A stretch of DNA of 64,000 nt from Callorhinchus milii. Taxonomy: Eukaryota. Made by a program: the position numbers and the translations under genes. Below are positions 62,663 to 64,000 of this stretch, piece after piece (position 1 is the first letter of the stretch; each line of letters starts with the position of its first letter). Below the pieces are notes generated by a model. The model did not search any database. It saw nothing but the letters and a program-made list of their open reading frames with translations, and had not been told where the DNA came from. The DNA is taken from the NCBI RefSeq assembly GCF_018977255.1, contig NW_024704762.1, positions 5,270,001 through 5,334,000 of the forward strand. Direction: 5' to 3'.

Positions 62663-64000
62663 CTGCTTATAAGGGTGGGTATCCCAGTCATTGCAAATAA
62701 TAATAATCCTTGCATTTGATATGGAGCCTCTTCACATCTTCAAAATATCTCAAAGCGCTTCACGGAACATACTACAAAGTGAATTGACCGTACATTTTGT
62801 GGGCGAACGCGGCAGCCGATTTGCGCACAGCAGTGTCCCCACAAGCGGTCGTGGGTTGAGTGATAACAATTTTTTTTGGAAGGAATTATTATCCCCGGAA
62901 AAGCAATCCGCCAATCATCTAACAGGGCGAGGCGTGTGGAGTAAGGAAACTTTCCCAGTGTTTCAGCCTGTGGGGAATCGAATCCAAGGAGTCACAAGGC
63001 TTCCGGGATAGAATTTCTGCCCCAGGCTTCAATCACAAGATCACAAGGTTGGTTTGGATGAAGAAAGCTCTTCCGCACATCTGATTTCATCCTCCCACAA
63101 CATTCAGCCTACTGGCAAGGCACACGTCCTTCTGAGGTTGAGTGGTAAATATTCTGCAGTGGGAGGAGACAACAACAAAAACAAATTACATTTCACGTCG
63201 GGAGGATGTCCCAAAGTCAGGATGTGCACCCGAGCTGTGGTTTGGGATCAGGAGAGGTGGAGGGCAGGGACGGTGAGGGTAGGAGGGTGACCGAAGAAAT
63301 GGTCGAAGAGGAAGGTCTTGAGACAGGTCTCGAGGGAGGCCCTGGGGAGAGGGCAGAAAGGCTGAAGGCCCGACCAGCGATGGATGGGCAGGCGAGGCAG
63401 GGGAGGTGGGGTAGACCAGACCAGAGTCTGCTGAGCAGAGGGTGGGGACAGGCCAAAAACAGCTGCCTGGTGACAGGAACAGAACATTTCCTGTGGGGGG
63501 TGGGGAACATCTCCAACAACATCTGCTGGCAAAAATATTGTTTGTGCAAATCAATTACTTGAATGAATGAATTCATTAATTTGTTAGTCACAGTGAAATT
63601 CCACTGGAAGGTCGACCGCGAGGCCGTACGCATTCGCTTTCTTTCCTAAACGAGAGGATTGCAGTGCAATTGTGTGGTTTTTCTTTCGAAATAGCACTGC
63701 TGTATAAAGAGAAGAATTAGTGGCCGGGGGGAGGGAAGAAAACGCAAGCGTGTTGCTGTTCGAAATGATAGAGGAACTGGAAATATCGTACGAGCTGGAT
63801 TTCGGGGAGAAACTACCGGATTTAAGGGAACGTCTCTGAGTCAGTTTTTGCACAACGTGCAACAATAAATACTTGAGGCTCGAATCTTGGCCAAGAAAAA
63901 AAATCTAACAAGTAGATGCAATCGAGACATTAATGCGCAGTGCCTCACCGCACTGGAACATCCTGTTAGCAATGCAAGACATGTCTCTGCTGTGAGTGTG

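Noticed and set aside
63584-63865. ORFs at the right end of the window
   Set aside because: No recognisable homology or convincing splice sites.

Overview
Vertebrate genomic DNA, most likely a cartilaginous fish. A holocephalan such as elephant shark is an inference from the repeat families and compact introns. Five spliced protein-coding genes were reconstructed by hand from GT-AG boundaries and reading frame: TAX1BP3 (-, exons 2-4 only; canonical first exon not found), CTNS/cystinosin (-), CIB3 (+), HSH2D (-) and CERS4-type ceramide synthase (+). Positions 1-3489 are a near-identical second copy of CTNS 14089-17578, differing only by small indels and ending at a 25-N gap, so probably an assembly false duplication. 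The rest is dense in tRNA-Ala-headed SINEs, older Deu-domain SINEs, L2 and CR1 LINE remnants, minisatellites and an unclassified ~230-bp dispersed repeat. No clearly new biological system is demonstrable. The best leads are the missing TAX1BP3 first exon/promoter directly behind CTNS, the periodic GC-box + M-box CTNS promoter, a hammerhead-like Penelope-type remnant with a hairpin, the modular SINE/L2 shared tails, the unclassified repeat family, and inverted SINEs bracketing CIB3 exon 5.
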